This document shows, one piece after another, positions 28,496-36,741 of a DNA stretch of 64,000 bases. Each line of letters opens with the position of its first letter. The stretch's first letter is position 1. Source of the stretch: Clostridiales bacterium UBA6981 (GTDB taxonomy: Bacteria; Bacillota; Clostridia; Oscillospirales; Oscillospiraceae); contig DJYJ01000015.1 in assembly GCA_002450075.1 (NCBI GenBank), positions 2,377-66,376 of the forward strand, written 5' to 3'. A program made the translations under genes and the position numbers. The notes under the pieces were generated by a model that was not told the DNA's origin, ran no database searches, and was given only the letters and a program-made list of their open reading frames with translations.

Positions 28496-28818
28496 GAGTG
28501 AATACTCCCTATGGCTTCTTATGTTTGTCATGAATCAGGAACGGGTGTAGCAATATTCTTTGTTATTACCGCCTTGAGAGGCTTCATTGAGGTCTGGCAG
28601 TTCTCGTATTTCAACATTTTTTCGGGTGTCGAATACGCATGGCACTACCGTTCTCTACGCCATTCTACTTGTTTCAACTGTTCAAATAGGCACCTACAAC
28701 AAACTATTTTATATTTTATCATAAAAAGAGCTGCCATTCCAGAAATTTCTATGATTTTTTACAAGCATCCCCTCCGCCTGCGAATTGCTCGGCAGCAAAG
28801 CAACCCAGGGCACCAGAC

Positions 28819-28849
28819 TTGACAAAAGCAGCTTGCCGGAGTTTAATAT
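28819..28849 (+). promoter_or_regulatory. sigma-A-type promoter for the sORF-hup unit
   Basis: TTGACA, 17 nt, TTTAAT (or TAATAT), about 35 nt upstream of the sORF RBS. Confidence 0.55.
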
Positions 28850-28882
28850 GCCATGTTGTGTCAGAAACCGAGGTGAGCCGCT

Positions 28883-29059
28883 ATGTATGAAGAATATGAG
28901 CGCATCTGTGATGGGAAAGAAGGCCCTGTATTGGCCGTCTCCAGAGAGGGAGAAAACATCGTTGTTTCCCGCGGCGCGGACGCACAGGGTACGTTTTATC
29001 TTGTTACCAGACTTCGGCGTGACGGCTGGCACATCCGTCAGAAAGTATATAAGAGCTAA
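28883..29059 (+). CDS. 58-aa hypothetical small protein (not in the ORF track, below its size cut-off)
   Basis: GAGGTGA RBS 7 nt upstream of the ATG. It reads MYEEYERICDGKEGPVLAVSREGENIVVSRGADAQGTFYLVTRLRRDGWHIRQKVYKS and ends 33 nt before hup. GC3 is only about 50%, so coding status is uncertain. Confidence 0.4.
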   Translation: MYEEYERICDGKEGPVLAVSREGENIVVSRGADAQGTFYLVTRLRRDGWHIRQKVYKS

Positions 29060-29091
29060 GCCCCAACATTTTTATGAAGGAGATTATGAGA

Positions 29092-29364
29092 ATGAACAAG
29101 ACCGAACTGATTAAAAAAGTAGCTGCTGAGAATGAACTGTCCCAGAAGGATGCTGCTGCTGTTGTGAACAGCGTGCTCAACACGGTCATGGATTCCCTGG
29201 CAGCCCATGATCCCGTTGCCCTGGCTGGCTTCGGCACCTTCTCCTGCAAGCACCGTGACGCGCGTCAGGGCCGCAACCCGGCCAACGGCGCGACTATTGA
29301 TATCCCTGCCAGCAACACCCCCGTATTCAAGGCCGCCAAAGCGTTCAAGGACAAGGTCAACTGA
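29092..29364 (+). CDS. hup: HU-family nucleoid-associated DNA-binding protein
   Basis: MNKTELIKKVA...GFGTF..K.R.AR.GRNP.....I.IPA...P.FKA.K.FKD is the canonical HU/IHF pattern. AGGAG lies 9 nt before ATG 29092. Confidence 0.9.
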   Translation: MNKTELIKKVAAENELSQKDAAAVVNSVLNTVMDSLAAHDPVALAGFGTFSCKHRDARQGRNPANGATIDIPASNTPVFKAAKAFKDKVN

Positions 29365-29383
29365 GAAAAGCATATGTTTCACT

Positions 29384-29423
29384 CCCGCTCATCGGCTCGT
29401 GCCGGTGGGCGGGATCTTTCTTT
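29384..29423 (+). terminator. probable intrinsic terminator after hup
   Basis: CCCGC...CGGCtcgtGCCG...GCGGG composite stem followed by ATCTTTCTTT. Confidence 0.5.
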
Positions 29424-29628
29424 ATGCTGTCAGGAAGATTGTCCTTCCAATAGAATCCAAAATATGGCGTACTGACAATGGTGAAATAAACAGAAAGGCG
29501 ATGTGCATAGATGCCGGATATCAAGCCCTGGCTCCAGCGCCGACACACGGCGAGGGATCCGGGGCTTTGGTTATCAAGAGGCGCTGCAATTTGACATTCG
29601 TGCGGCGCAAGACACGATGTCTTTCCCG

Positions 29629-29657
29629 TTGACGTTGTTAAAACTCGGGTATATAAT
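29629..29657 (+). promoter_or_regulatory. sigma-A-type promoter of the MarR gene
   Basis: TTGACG, 17 nt, TATAAT, about 20 nt upstream of the RBS GGGGTGAGAG. Confidence 0.6.
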
Positions 29658-29678
29658 TTGTTTTAAAGGGGTGAGAGA

Positions 29679-30113
29679 ATGGAAAAAGAGTCAGCGGAGG
29701 AACTTGGGAGTTGCTTTCTCCCTGCGTACGCACTTGTTCGCAATATTCTCTATTCTGACTACGGCAGGAAAAAAGCCAAGTATTCCAAGACGCAGATTGC
29801 GGTCCTGGCGGCATTGTATTGGCAAAATGAAATGTGTATGTCACAGGTCGCTGAGTTGATCGCCACCCCGCGCCCCCAGATGACCCGATCTATCATCCCA
29901 CTGGTGAACAATGGATTAGTCGAGAGATTTGAGGACAACAGCAATCGCAAAATGGTCTATATCCGCCTGACAGAAAGCGGCAGACATTTTGTGAGGGATT
30001 ACCTGCGCAATCGCTTTGATACGCTTCGTGATAAACTAAGTGAAGCGGATGCGGAAAAACTGACGGAAGCGGCAAAAACAATTGTCGAGATACTGAAAAA
30101 AACGCGTGCATAA
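29679..30113 (+). CDS. MarR-family transcriptional regulator
   Basis: 144 aa. The winged-HTH core MSQVAELIATPRPQMTRSIIPLVNNGLVERFEDNSNRKMVYIRLTESG matches the MarR pattern. Confidence 0.8.
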   Translation: MEKESAEELGSCFLPAYALVRNILYSDYGRKKAKYSKTQIAVLAALYWQNEMCMSQVAELIATPRPQMTRSIIPLVNNGLVERFEDNSNRKMVYIRLTESGRHFVRDYLRNRFDTLRDKLSEADAEKLTEAAKTIVEILKKTRA

Positions 30114-30115
30114 GA

Positions 30116-30148
30116 AAAAGAGTGCTTTCTTAAGGGAAGCACTCTTTT
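30116..30148. terminator. bidirectional terminator between convergent marR and the symporter gene
   Basis: AAAAGAGTGCTT / AAGCACTCTTTT 12-bp stem with A-run and T-run flanks. Confidence 0.8.
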
Positions 30149-30165
30149 CGTGTGTAATCGGGTCC

Positions 30166-31584
30166 TTAGGGTATGCGGCTCGGATTTTTATCATAGGTTG
30201 CAAGGCTCACCGTGACCATCAGAATCAGACAAACGGCCGCGCCGGGCAGTGTCCCGCCAATACCGAACGGTGATCCCAGAGCTCTCCAGACTGCGCACGT
30301 GGCAAAGCCGCCAATGACCGCAGCGATCATCCCCTGCGAAGTGGCCTTTTTCCAATACAGTGCAGCAAGCGCGGGAATCCCTGCTGCAGCAGCATAGAAA
30401 TTGTAAATCATGGTCAGAATGGTGTAAGCGCTCTTGATATACAAAGCGATCACAAGGGCTCCCGCTGCCAGGACAACACAAAGCACGCGGGAGAGGAAAA
30501 GCTCTCTTTTCTCGCTCATGTCCGGGCTGATCGTCTTTCCGATGTCATCGACGGCAGTTTGCATGGAAACCAGCAGATAACTGTCCGCAGTACTCATCAT
30601 AACAGAAACGATGCCTGCAAGGGCAAGGCCCGTTAATCCGGCGGGAAGCGTTGTGACAGCAAGCGCGGGAATAACCGCGTCCGTGCTGCCATACTGGCCG
30701 ATCACGTCCGGTAAAAGCTGCTGCGCGGCCAAGGCCATAACCAGGATCATACAGACGCAGACTGCGTATACAGCAGTCCCCCAAAACATGCCGCGTTTGG
30801 CAGCGCGGCGGTCTTTCGCGGCAAATGCTCTCTGCCACATCTCCGCCCCGGCCATGGTTATAACAAGATAACTGACGATATCGCCCAAAAGGCGACCGTC
30901 AATGTGTGGGACCAGATAGGATGTGTCGATCCCGGACAAATAGGATTTCAGCCCGCCCAGGGAGGATATGGATGAAATCGGCACCATGATGTACACGAAC
31001 AGGACAAGCATGAAGAACTGGATCACATCCGTGTAAACAACGCCAAACAGCCCGGAAGCCCCCGTATAAATGACAAATACCAGAGTTGCAATCAACGCGC
31101 CGGTTTCATAAGGAATTCCAATTCGACTCCCGAGCAGCTTGATAATGGTTGCCGTTGCAGTTATTTGAGAGGAGACCGTGCCCATCATGGCAAACACGAT
31201 CATAATTGCTATAACGATTTTTGCCGGTTTCCCAAAGCGGAACTCGAACAGACTCGGAATTGACGTGACCCCATGCTTTGCGCCGACATCATATATTCTT
31301 CCGGCGTATGCTGAGAAGAGAAACATTCCCGCCATATACGGCAAAGCAGTCATAAGGCATTCAATCCCGCTCGTGTATCCGAGGCCCGCCCGCCCCATCA
31401 TGGAACTGCCGCCAATGATAGTGGCACATACGGTTGCAAGCATGACCTTTGTGCCCAACGTGTGATCCGCTGTGTAAAAGTCTTCTCTGTTCTTTACCCG
31501 CTTCACAAATCGCAGACCGACACCCAACATGACCAAGAGATAGACGACAATGATGATAATGTCCAATGTTGTAACTTCACTCAT
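30166..31584 (-). CDS. sodium:solute symporter (SSS) family transporter
   Basis: 472 aa, about 13 hydrophobic helices. The N-terminal region FYTADHTLGTKVMLATVCATIIGGSSMMG is typical of the SSS family. Confidence 0.75.
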   Translation of the reverse strand: MSEVTTLDIIIIVVYLLVMLGVGLRFVKRVKNREDFYTADHTLGTKVMLATVCATIIGGSSMMGRAGLGYTSGIECLMTALPYMAGMFLFSAYAGRIYDVGAKHGVTSIPSLFEFRFGKPAKIVIAIMIVFAMMGTVSSQITATATIIKLLGSRIGIPYETGALIATLVFVIYTGASGLFGVVYTDVIQFFMLVLFVYIMVPISSISSLGGLKSYLSGIDTSYLVPHIDGRLLGDIVSYLVITMAGAEMWQRAFAAKDRRAAKRGMFWGTAVYAVCVCMILVMALAAQQLLPDVIGQYGSTDAVIPALAVTTLPAGLTGLALAGIVSVMMSTADSYLLVSMQTAVDDIGKTISPDMSEKRELFLSRVLCVVLAAGALVIALYIKSAYTILTMIYNFYAAAAGIPALAALYWKKATSQGMIAAVIGGFATCAVWRALGSPFGIGGTLPGAAVCLILMVTVSLATYDKNPSRIP

Positions 31585-31628
31585 TTTTCGTTCTTTCCTT
31601 TCCTCTTGATTGGTAGTACTTCATAATG

Positions 31629-31657
31629 ATTATATATCAATGATTGCCTTTAGTCAA
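31629..31657 (-). promoter_or_regulatory. sigma-A-type promoter of the symporter gene
   Basis: On the minus strand: TTGACT, 17 nt, TATAAT, about 45 nt upstream of ATG 31584. Confidence 0.55.
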
Positions 31658-31786
31658 TCGTTAAGAAAAGGTAAGCATGCGTCTGGCCGAAATGAGTAAT
31701 TTTTCATGCTCCCTGCCAGGTATCGTTTTTTGATGCTGGGTGTGTTGATCGACAGTTCGATGATAGAAATTTGAATAGTAAAGAAT

Positions 31787-31819
31787 GTGCCGGAAAGAGA
31801 CGAGCGCTCCTTCCGGCAC
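31787..31819. terminator. hairpin downstream of the zinc-ribbon gene
   Basis: GTGCCGGAA / TTCCGGCAC stem. T-run GTTTTCTTGTTT on the + side and ATTCTTT on the - side. Confidence 0.45.
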
Positions 31820-31942
31820 GTTTTCTTGTTTGAGGTTCAAGTTAATCTGGCGCTGTACAAGAGCGCTGAGCGATAAGGTACAACAGGTTGTTCAAATTGG
31901 AACAGGAAAGAGCTTTACTGTCGCTCTCATTTTGGGGGAGCA

Positions 31943-32635
31943 TCACTTGATGATCGGGTTGCGGCAGTAGTCGCAGCTGTCGTTTTCTATCGGATTCATT
32001 CTGCCGCAGAACAAGCAGGGAATCTCCGCATCGCGGGATTTGTCATACTTCTCAAAGGGCAGCGGAAACTGGGGAAGGTAGCGAAGGCGGTCGCCTTCAT
32101 TCAGGTAATTGTATATGGTCGGGGTCGTATGTTTCTTATGCCGTTTCCCCTCTGCGTCCGTGATATAGAGGATATAGTCGTGCCGGGAGTTTCGATACCC
32201 GTCGTTGGAACGATGGATGCGGCGAACGTGCTTTTTGCGTGTCAGCGTTCCCTCAAAAGACTTACCCAGCCTCTTTTTCAGGGAGACGATGAGCACGCTT
32301 ACGGCCATGATGACGGAGATCACAACGCCGGCAAACATCGCCTGCCAGAGCTCCATGGCATCGGACACCGCACCGTAGACGCCAAAGCCGATCAGCGGCA
32401 GGACGATCACGATCAGACCGACGATCCGCGTTGATTTTCTCTGCTTCTTCAGCGCCTCCAGAACGGCCTCGGATTCTAGCCTGCGGGAATAGCCCGGTGC
32501 GAGACGCTCCGGCCCCGGAGCATATCCGTAAAATGCGTCCGCATGGGAAGCCGCCTGCCCTTCAAGCCTCGCGCCGCATTCCTCACAAAACCTGGAGCCG
32601 TCCTTTATGGACATTCCGCAATTGGGACAAATCAT
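31943..32635 (-). CDS. zinc-ribbon membrane protein, unknown function
   Basis: GGAGGAGAAAAA RBS before ATG 32635. N-terminal CPNCG...CEECG zinc ribbon, two TM helices, and a C-terminal second CxxC...CxxC (CLFCG...CDYC). Confidence 0.6.
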   Translation of the reverse strand: MICPNCGMSIKDGSRFCEECGARLEGQAASHADAFYGYAPGPERLAPGYSRRLESEAVLEALKKQRKSTRIVGLIVIVLPLIGFGVYGAVSDAMELWQAMFAGVVISVIMAVSVLIVSLKKRLGKSFEGTLTRKKHVRRIHRSNDGYRNSRHDYILYITDAEGKRHKKHTTPTIYNYLNEGDRLRYLPQFPLPFEKYDKSRDAEIPCLFCGRMNPIENDSCDYCRNPIIK

Positions 32636-32704
32636 TTTTTCTCCTCCCGGTGTAAAATTAGCGCAAATCAGGTTGTTCGATCCTGACCGTCTCATATGCT
32701 GCTG

Positions 32705-34216
32705 TCATTTGATCGTGTAGCCGGTAATATCAAAGAGAGCTTCGTTCACGGCGTCGTCGATGGTGTAGACGGTATAAACCGTTTCCCCGATCTCCGCGAC
32801 AGTCTCGACCACGGGGGCGCCTTTGAGGCAATAGACCAGTCGGCCGTCATCCCTGAAATAGAAGGCCGCCTGGGCTGTGCTGTCCACCTCCGGAAACAGC
32901 TCCACCGTATAGGAAACGCCCTCGATCTCCTGTGTCTGAGTCGTATAGTCCTTCCGCAGCGCGTAGCCGCGGATATCCGAAAGCAGGTGATCCATCAGCA
33001 TGATATTTTCAGCAATATAAGAGGAAGTCGTTGTCGTGGCAATGATGCCGGTCATATCATCCGGGTAGAGATTGTACGCCGTGCCGTCCCGGAAGAAGGT
33101 CACCACCGTATTTTCGAAGCCGGACACCCGGGTCGTGCGGCGGGAGTAGTACACGCCGTCTTTCCCGTGGACGTCATAGCTCTGGTCGGCGTCCATATAG
33201 TCTGTGTGCATATCGTAGTTCAGATGAATGCCCGCGTTCAGGTCGAGACCTGCCCACAGCGCATACAGCATGGACTCCGGCTTGCTCCGGTATTCTTCCA
33301 TCGTCATGGGCGCATAGCCGGAGAGGTCGGCTCCTTCCTTGGCATAGAAGAAGATCATATAGCCGGTTCCGTAGATGTCAAGCTCAATGACGCCGCCGTG
33401 AAGCTTGCCGCCCGCAGAGCCGCCGTCAGCCAGGGTGATCGTAAGGGCTTCGCCCTCCAGCGTCCACACCGTGATGCCCATGGCCTCGTCGTCGGAGGTC
33501 ATGCGGCCCGTGCCGCCGTCGGCCAATGTAAGCGCGGAGGAAACTCCCAGGTCGGCGGAATACACGAGCGCCCCTTCGTATTCCACGGCAAAGAGCTCAT
33601 ACTTGCCCTCGACGGGCAGCTCCGCCAGGACGGACGCGGCGGGCTCCGGTCCCCGCAGCATAGACGCAAACTCTCCCAGTGTGATCGGCTCGACGCCGGA
33701 AGTATCCGCACCCGGAGCGGCAAAGAGGGCGGAAAAGCCGTCATCGATCGTCAACGTCATCAGGCCGTCGGCGATCGTGCCGTTGATCACAGCGACGCCT
33801 GCCTGGAACTGCAGCGCGTCACCGTCCAGCTTCCACCAGTCGATCGGCCCCTGGTTGTTGTCGCCCCAGTACAGATAGCCGCTGCCGTCGGCTTCCAGAG
33901 TCACAGTCTCGCCCACCATATCCGGCATGGCGACATATTGATCCGGAAGGTCACTTCCCGCGCCGCCGAGCTCATACATCCGATCCATATAGGCGGCGCT
34001 GAATCTGGCGCATAGGAAGGTATACTCTCCGGCGTTGGCTTCCTGCTCCGTCACGACGGGCTCTGGCGTCGGTTCCCGGGTCGTTTCCGCAGGCGTCGCG
34101 GCAGGTATCTCCCGCACAGGCTTCTCCGGCTCCGCTTTTGTACCGCCGCAGGCACAAAGCGTCAACAATAGCGTCAACACAAGCAAGATGTACACGGAAC
34201 GTTTAACCTTATTCAT
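32705..34216 (-). CDS. lipoprotein, unknown function, with internal repeat
   Basis: GAAGGAGG RBS before ATG 34216. Lipobox LLLTLCACGG, a Pro/Thr/Glu linker, and two related blocks (TLEADGSGYL...LMTLTIDDG and TLADGGTGRM...ALTITLADGG). Confidence 0.6.
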   Translation of the reverse strand: MNKVKRSVYILLVLTLLLTLCACGGTKAEPEKPVREIPAATPAETTREPTPEPVVTEQEANAGEYTFLCARFSAAYMDRMYELGGAGSDLPDQYVAMPDMVGETVTLEADGSGYLYWGDNNQGPIDWWKLDGDALQFQAGVAVINGTIADGLMTLTIDDGFSALFAAPGADTSGVEPITLGEFASMLRGPEPAASVLAELPVEGKYELFAVEYEGALVYSADLGVSSALTLADGGTGRMTSDDEAMGITVWTLEGEALTITLADGGSAGGKLHGGVIELDIYGTGYMIFFYAKEGADLSGYAPMTMEEYRSKPESMLYALWAGLDLNAGIHLNYDMHTDYMDADQSYDVHGKDGVYYSRRTTRVSGFENTVVTFFRDGTAYNLYPDDMTGIIATTTTSSYIAENIMLMDHLLSDIRGYALRKDYTTQTQEIEGVSYTVELFPEVDSTAQAAFYFRDDGRLVYCLKGAPVVETVAEIGETVYTVYTIDDAVNEALFDITGYTIK

Positions 34217-34368
34217 AATGTAACCTCCTTCGCCTATCAATAATAACCCACTTGTATAGTACAGTTGAAAGGATACCAAAGCAATAGGTGGACAACTTTT
34301 TTTCATTGCAAAAATGTTGTCCGCTATGCTATAGTGTCCTTGAGCCGGAAGAGAAGGAGTGAACCGCC

Positions 34369-36183
34369 ATGCTTTCAGAGAGGATAAGCGCCATATTCAC
34401 ACTTCTGCACTGCAACAACACGGAGATTGCCCGTTACGCCGGCTGCTCGTCGGGCAATATCTCCAAACTGAAAACCGGAAGGCGCTCACCGAAGTCCAGC
34501 AGCCCTTCCATTGCCTCGCTGGCGAGCGGTATCTACGGCTATGCCGACTACGAAAACATGCTGCCTGCACTGCAGGAGCTCTGTGGCAGCACGGATACTG
34601 CGCGGGAGACCCTGCTTCCTGCTTTGGTCGCATGGCTCTATGAGACAGACGAGATCGTCCTGCCAGCTCTCACAGACGTGCCGAAAAGCAAGCGGGCGCG
34701 AAAACAGCGGCGGAAGGCCTTTGGAGAGCGACTGGATCGCGCTGCCGCCCTGTTGGATCTTTCCAACGCAAAACTTGCCTCGCAGCTTAGTATCGACGTC
34801 TCTCTTGTCAGCCGTTTCCGCAGCGGTATTTATTCGCCTCACGGGAATGACCGGCTGGCGGAGAAGCTGTCCGATCTGCTGTTCTCCCGTGCGCAGCAGG
34901 TAGGAAAAACAGAGGAGTTTGGCGCACTTTGCGGCGTTGGCGCAGCGCAGCTAAATTCCGATTCCGTGGCAGCGTGGCTCTATGAGATGCCCTCCGAAGA
35001 GGACAACGCGGTTATGGCTGGGCTGCTGCTGCGGTCTCTGGACGAGTTCAAGCCGGGCGGAGGCCTGCCTTCTGCCAGCCCGGATGCGGCGGAGAACCCG
35101 GTTGAAGCCTGCTATTTTGGAACGGAAGGGCTGCGGAGCGCTGTGATCCGCTTTTTGTCCGACGCTGCGCGGGAGGGCGGCGAGCTGCTCCTTTACTCCG
35201 ACGAGCCCATGGACTGGATGACGGGAGATCGGGCTTATTTTGCCCGGTGGACTTCCCTGATGAGCCAGTGTGTGAGCCGCGGCGTGACGATCAAGATCAT
35301 CCACAACGTAGACCGCATTGGGGAAGAGATGGTCAACGCGATCCGCGGCTGGCTGCCCCTGTATGTTTCCAGCAGGATCGAGCCCTTTGTCTTCCGCAAA
35401 CAGCAAAACGCACGGTTTTATCACACGGTATTCCTCCGATCCGGCAGCGCCTGTATCCACGGCTTCTTCCCCACGGAAGGCAGGGAGAGCCGATGGTATG
35501 AATATATCACGGACGCAAAGCGCCTCGGCCTGATCGAACGGGAGTATACCGCCATGCTGTCCGCCGCATCGCCGTTTCTCAAGGTCTACCGGGAAGCGTC
35601 ACGGGAGGAATACCTGTCGTTCCGCTCTGCCGGGCAAGGGGCGAGAGCGTTTCTGCTGTCCGACCTTCCTGTGTTTACTATGCCGGAGAAGCTGTTGGAG
35701 CGGATCCTAAGCCGCGCGGAGCTTGAGCCGGCGCGCAGGAGCTTCGTGCTTTCTCTCTACCGCCGGGAGCGAGAGCTGTTTCAGGCTTTGCTTCAGCAGG
35801 ATGCGGTAAACATGATCCTCTGCTTGCCGGAGGACACCTTGGGACAGCCGCGGTTCGTCAATTTCGGATTTGATCTGCTGGATCTCGTGATGGAATTTAC
35901 GCAGGAGGAATATGCCGAGCACCTGGCGGCCATCACCGAGCTTGTCAGAAACGAGAAGAATTTTCATTTGACGCTGCTGGCTGAGTCACCGTTCCGGGAG
36001 ATTCAGATCGCTATGCCGGGGGATGCTGTGGCCGTTCTGCGCAGCAAAAGGCCCTATGGCGCGTTTGTCTTTTCCAATCCCTCTCTGAGCCAGTCTGTAT
36101 CGGGGTACCTTTCCCTGCTGACAGAAAACCATGCCGCAGACAGAAGCTCGACAATTGCGGCATTGGAAAAGCTGATCCGGTGA
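34369..36183 (+). CDS. large (604 aa) protein with two N-terminal XRE-like HTH segments, otherwise unknown
   Basis: AAGGAG RBS. NNTEIARYAGCSSGNISKLKTGRRSP and SNAKLASQLSIDVSLVSRFRSGIYSP resemble XRE-type HTH helix2-turn-helix3. Confidence 0.55.
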   Translation: MLSERISAIFTLLHCNNTEIARYAGCSSGNISKLKTGRRSPKSSSPSIASLASGIYGYADYENMLPALQELCGSTDTARETLLPALVAWLYETDEIVLPALTDVPKSKRARKQRRKAFGERLDRAAALLDLSNAKLASQLSIDVSLVSRFRSGIYSPHGNDRLAEKLSDLLFSRAQQVGKTEEFGALCGVGAAQLNSDSVAAWLYEMPSEEDNAVMAGLLLRSLDEFKPGGGLPSASPDAAENPVEACYFGTEGLRSAVIRFLSDAAREGGELLLYSDEPMDWMTGDRAYFARWTSLMSQCVSRGVTIKIIHNVDRIGEEMVNAIRGWLPLYVSSRIEPFVFRKQQNARFYHTVFLRSGSACIHGFFPTEGRESRWYEYITDAKRLGLIEREYTAMLSAASPFLKVYREASREEYLSFRSAGQGARAFLLSDLPVFTMPEKLLERILSRAELEPARRSFVLSLYRRERELFQALLQQDAVNMILCLPEDTLGQPRFVNFGFDLLDLVMEFTQEEYAEHLAAITELVRNEKNFHLTLLAESPFREIQIAMPGDAVAVLRSKRPYGAFVFSNPSLSQSVSGYLSLLTENHAADRSSTIAALEKLIR

Positions 36184-36291
36184 ACACTTTGTATCTGTGA
36201 ACTGTTTTTCTCCTTGCAAAAACAAGGAGCCTGCTGTACGAAAAGCGCGTCCTTTTACACTGACGCATCCTTCTTGCTCGGAGGCGAGGAC

Positions 36292-36741
36292 ATGGCAAGC
36301 ATAGTTAATACAAACACCCTGATGAAACGCCTGTTCAAGGCAGCAGATCTTGACACCTACCTGGAAGGAAACGAAAGCGATCTTCACTCCCCGGACTTTT
36401 ATTCGCTTCTGAAGCAGGCCTGCGAAAAGCGGAATATGCTCCCGGCGCAGGTGATCGAACGCTCCCAGATCGAGCGGACCTATGGCCACCAGCTGTTTAA
36501 CGGAACGCGCCGGCCCTCACGCGATAAGGTGCTCCAGCTTGCGCTCGGCCTCGGCTTGAGCGTGGACGAGACCCAGCGTCTGCTGCGTGCGGCGGGAAAA
36601 AGCCCGCTCTATCCCCGGCTGAAGCGGGACGCCGTGATCCTGTACGGGATCGGGAAAAAGCTCCCCATCCTTACCGTTCAGGAGAACCTGACGAAATACG
36701 GGCTGACCCTGCTGGGAGGGCTGAAAAATGGAATCGACTGA
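36292..36741 (+). CDS. small XRE-like HTH protein coupled to the kinase gene
   Basis: GGAGGCGAGGAC precedes ATG 36292. PAQVIERSQIERTYGHQLFNGTRRPSRDKVLQLALGL HTH-like block. The 3' end overlaps the kinase start by 14 nt. Confidence 0.55.
   Translation: MASIVNTNTLMKRLFKAADLDTYLEGNESDLHSPDFYSLLKQACEKRNMLPAQVIERSQIERTYGHQLFNGTRRPSRDKVLQLALGLGLSVDETQRLLRAAGKSPLYPRLKRDAVILYGIGKKLPILTVQENLTKYGLTLLGGLKNGID

Noticed and set aside
28511-29032. ORFs 28511-28822 (+) and 28709-29032 (-) in the AT-rich kinase/hup intergenic region
   Set aside because: They have no RBS, atypical composition, and overlap a good promoter and the better-supported sORF.
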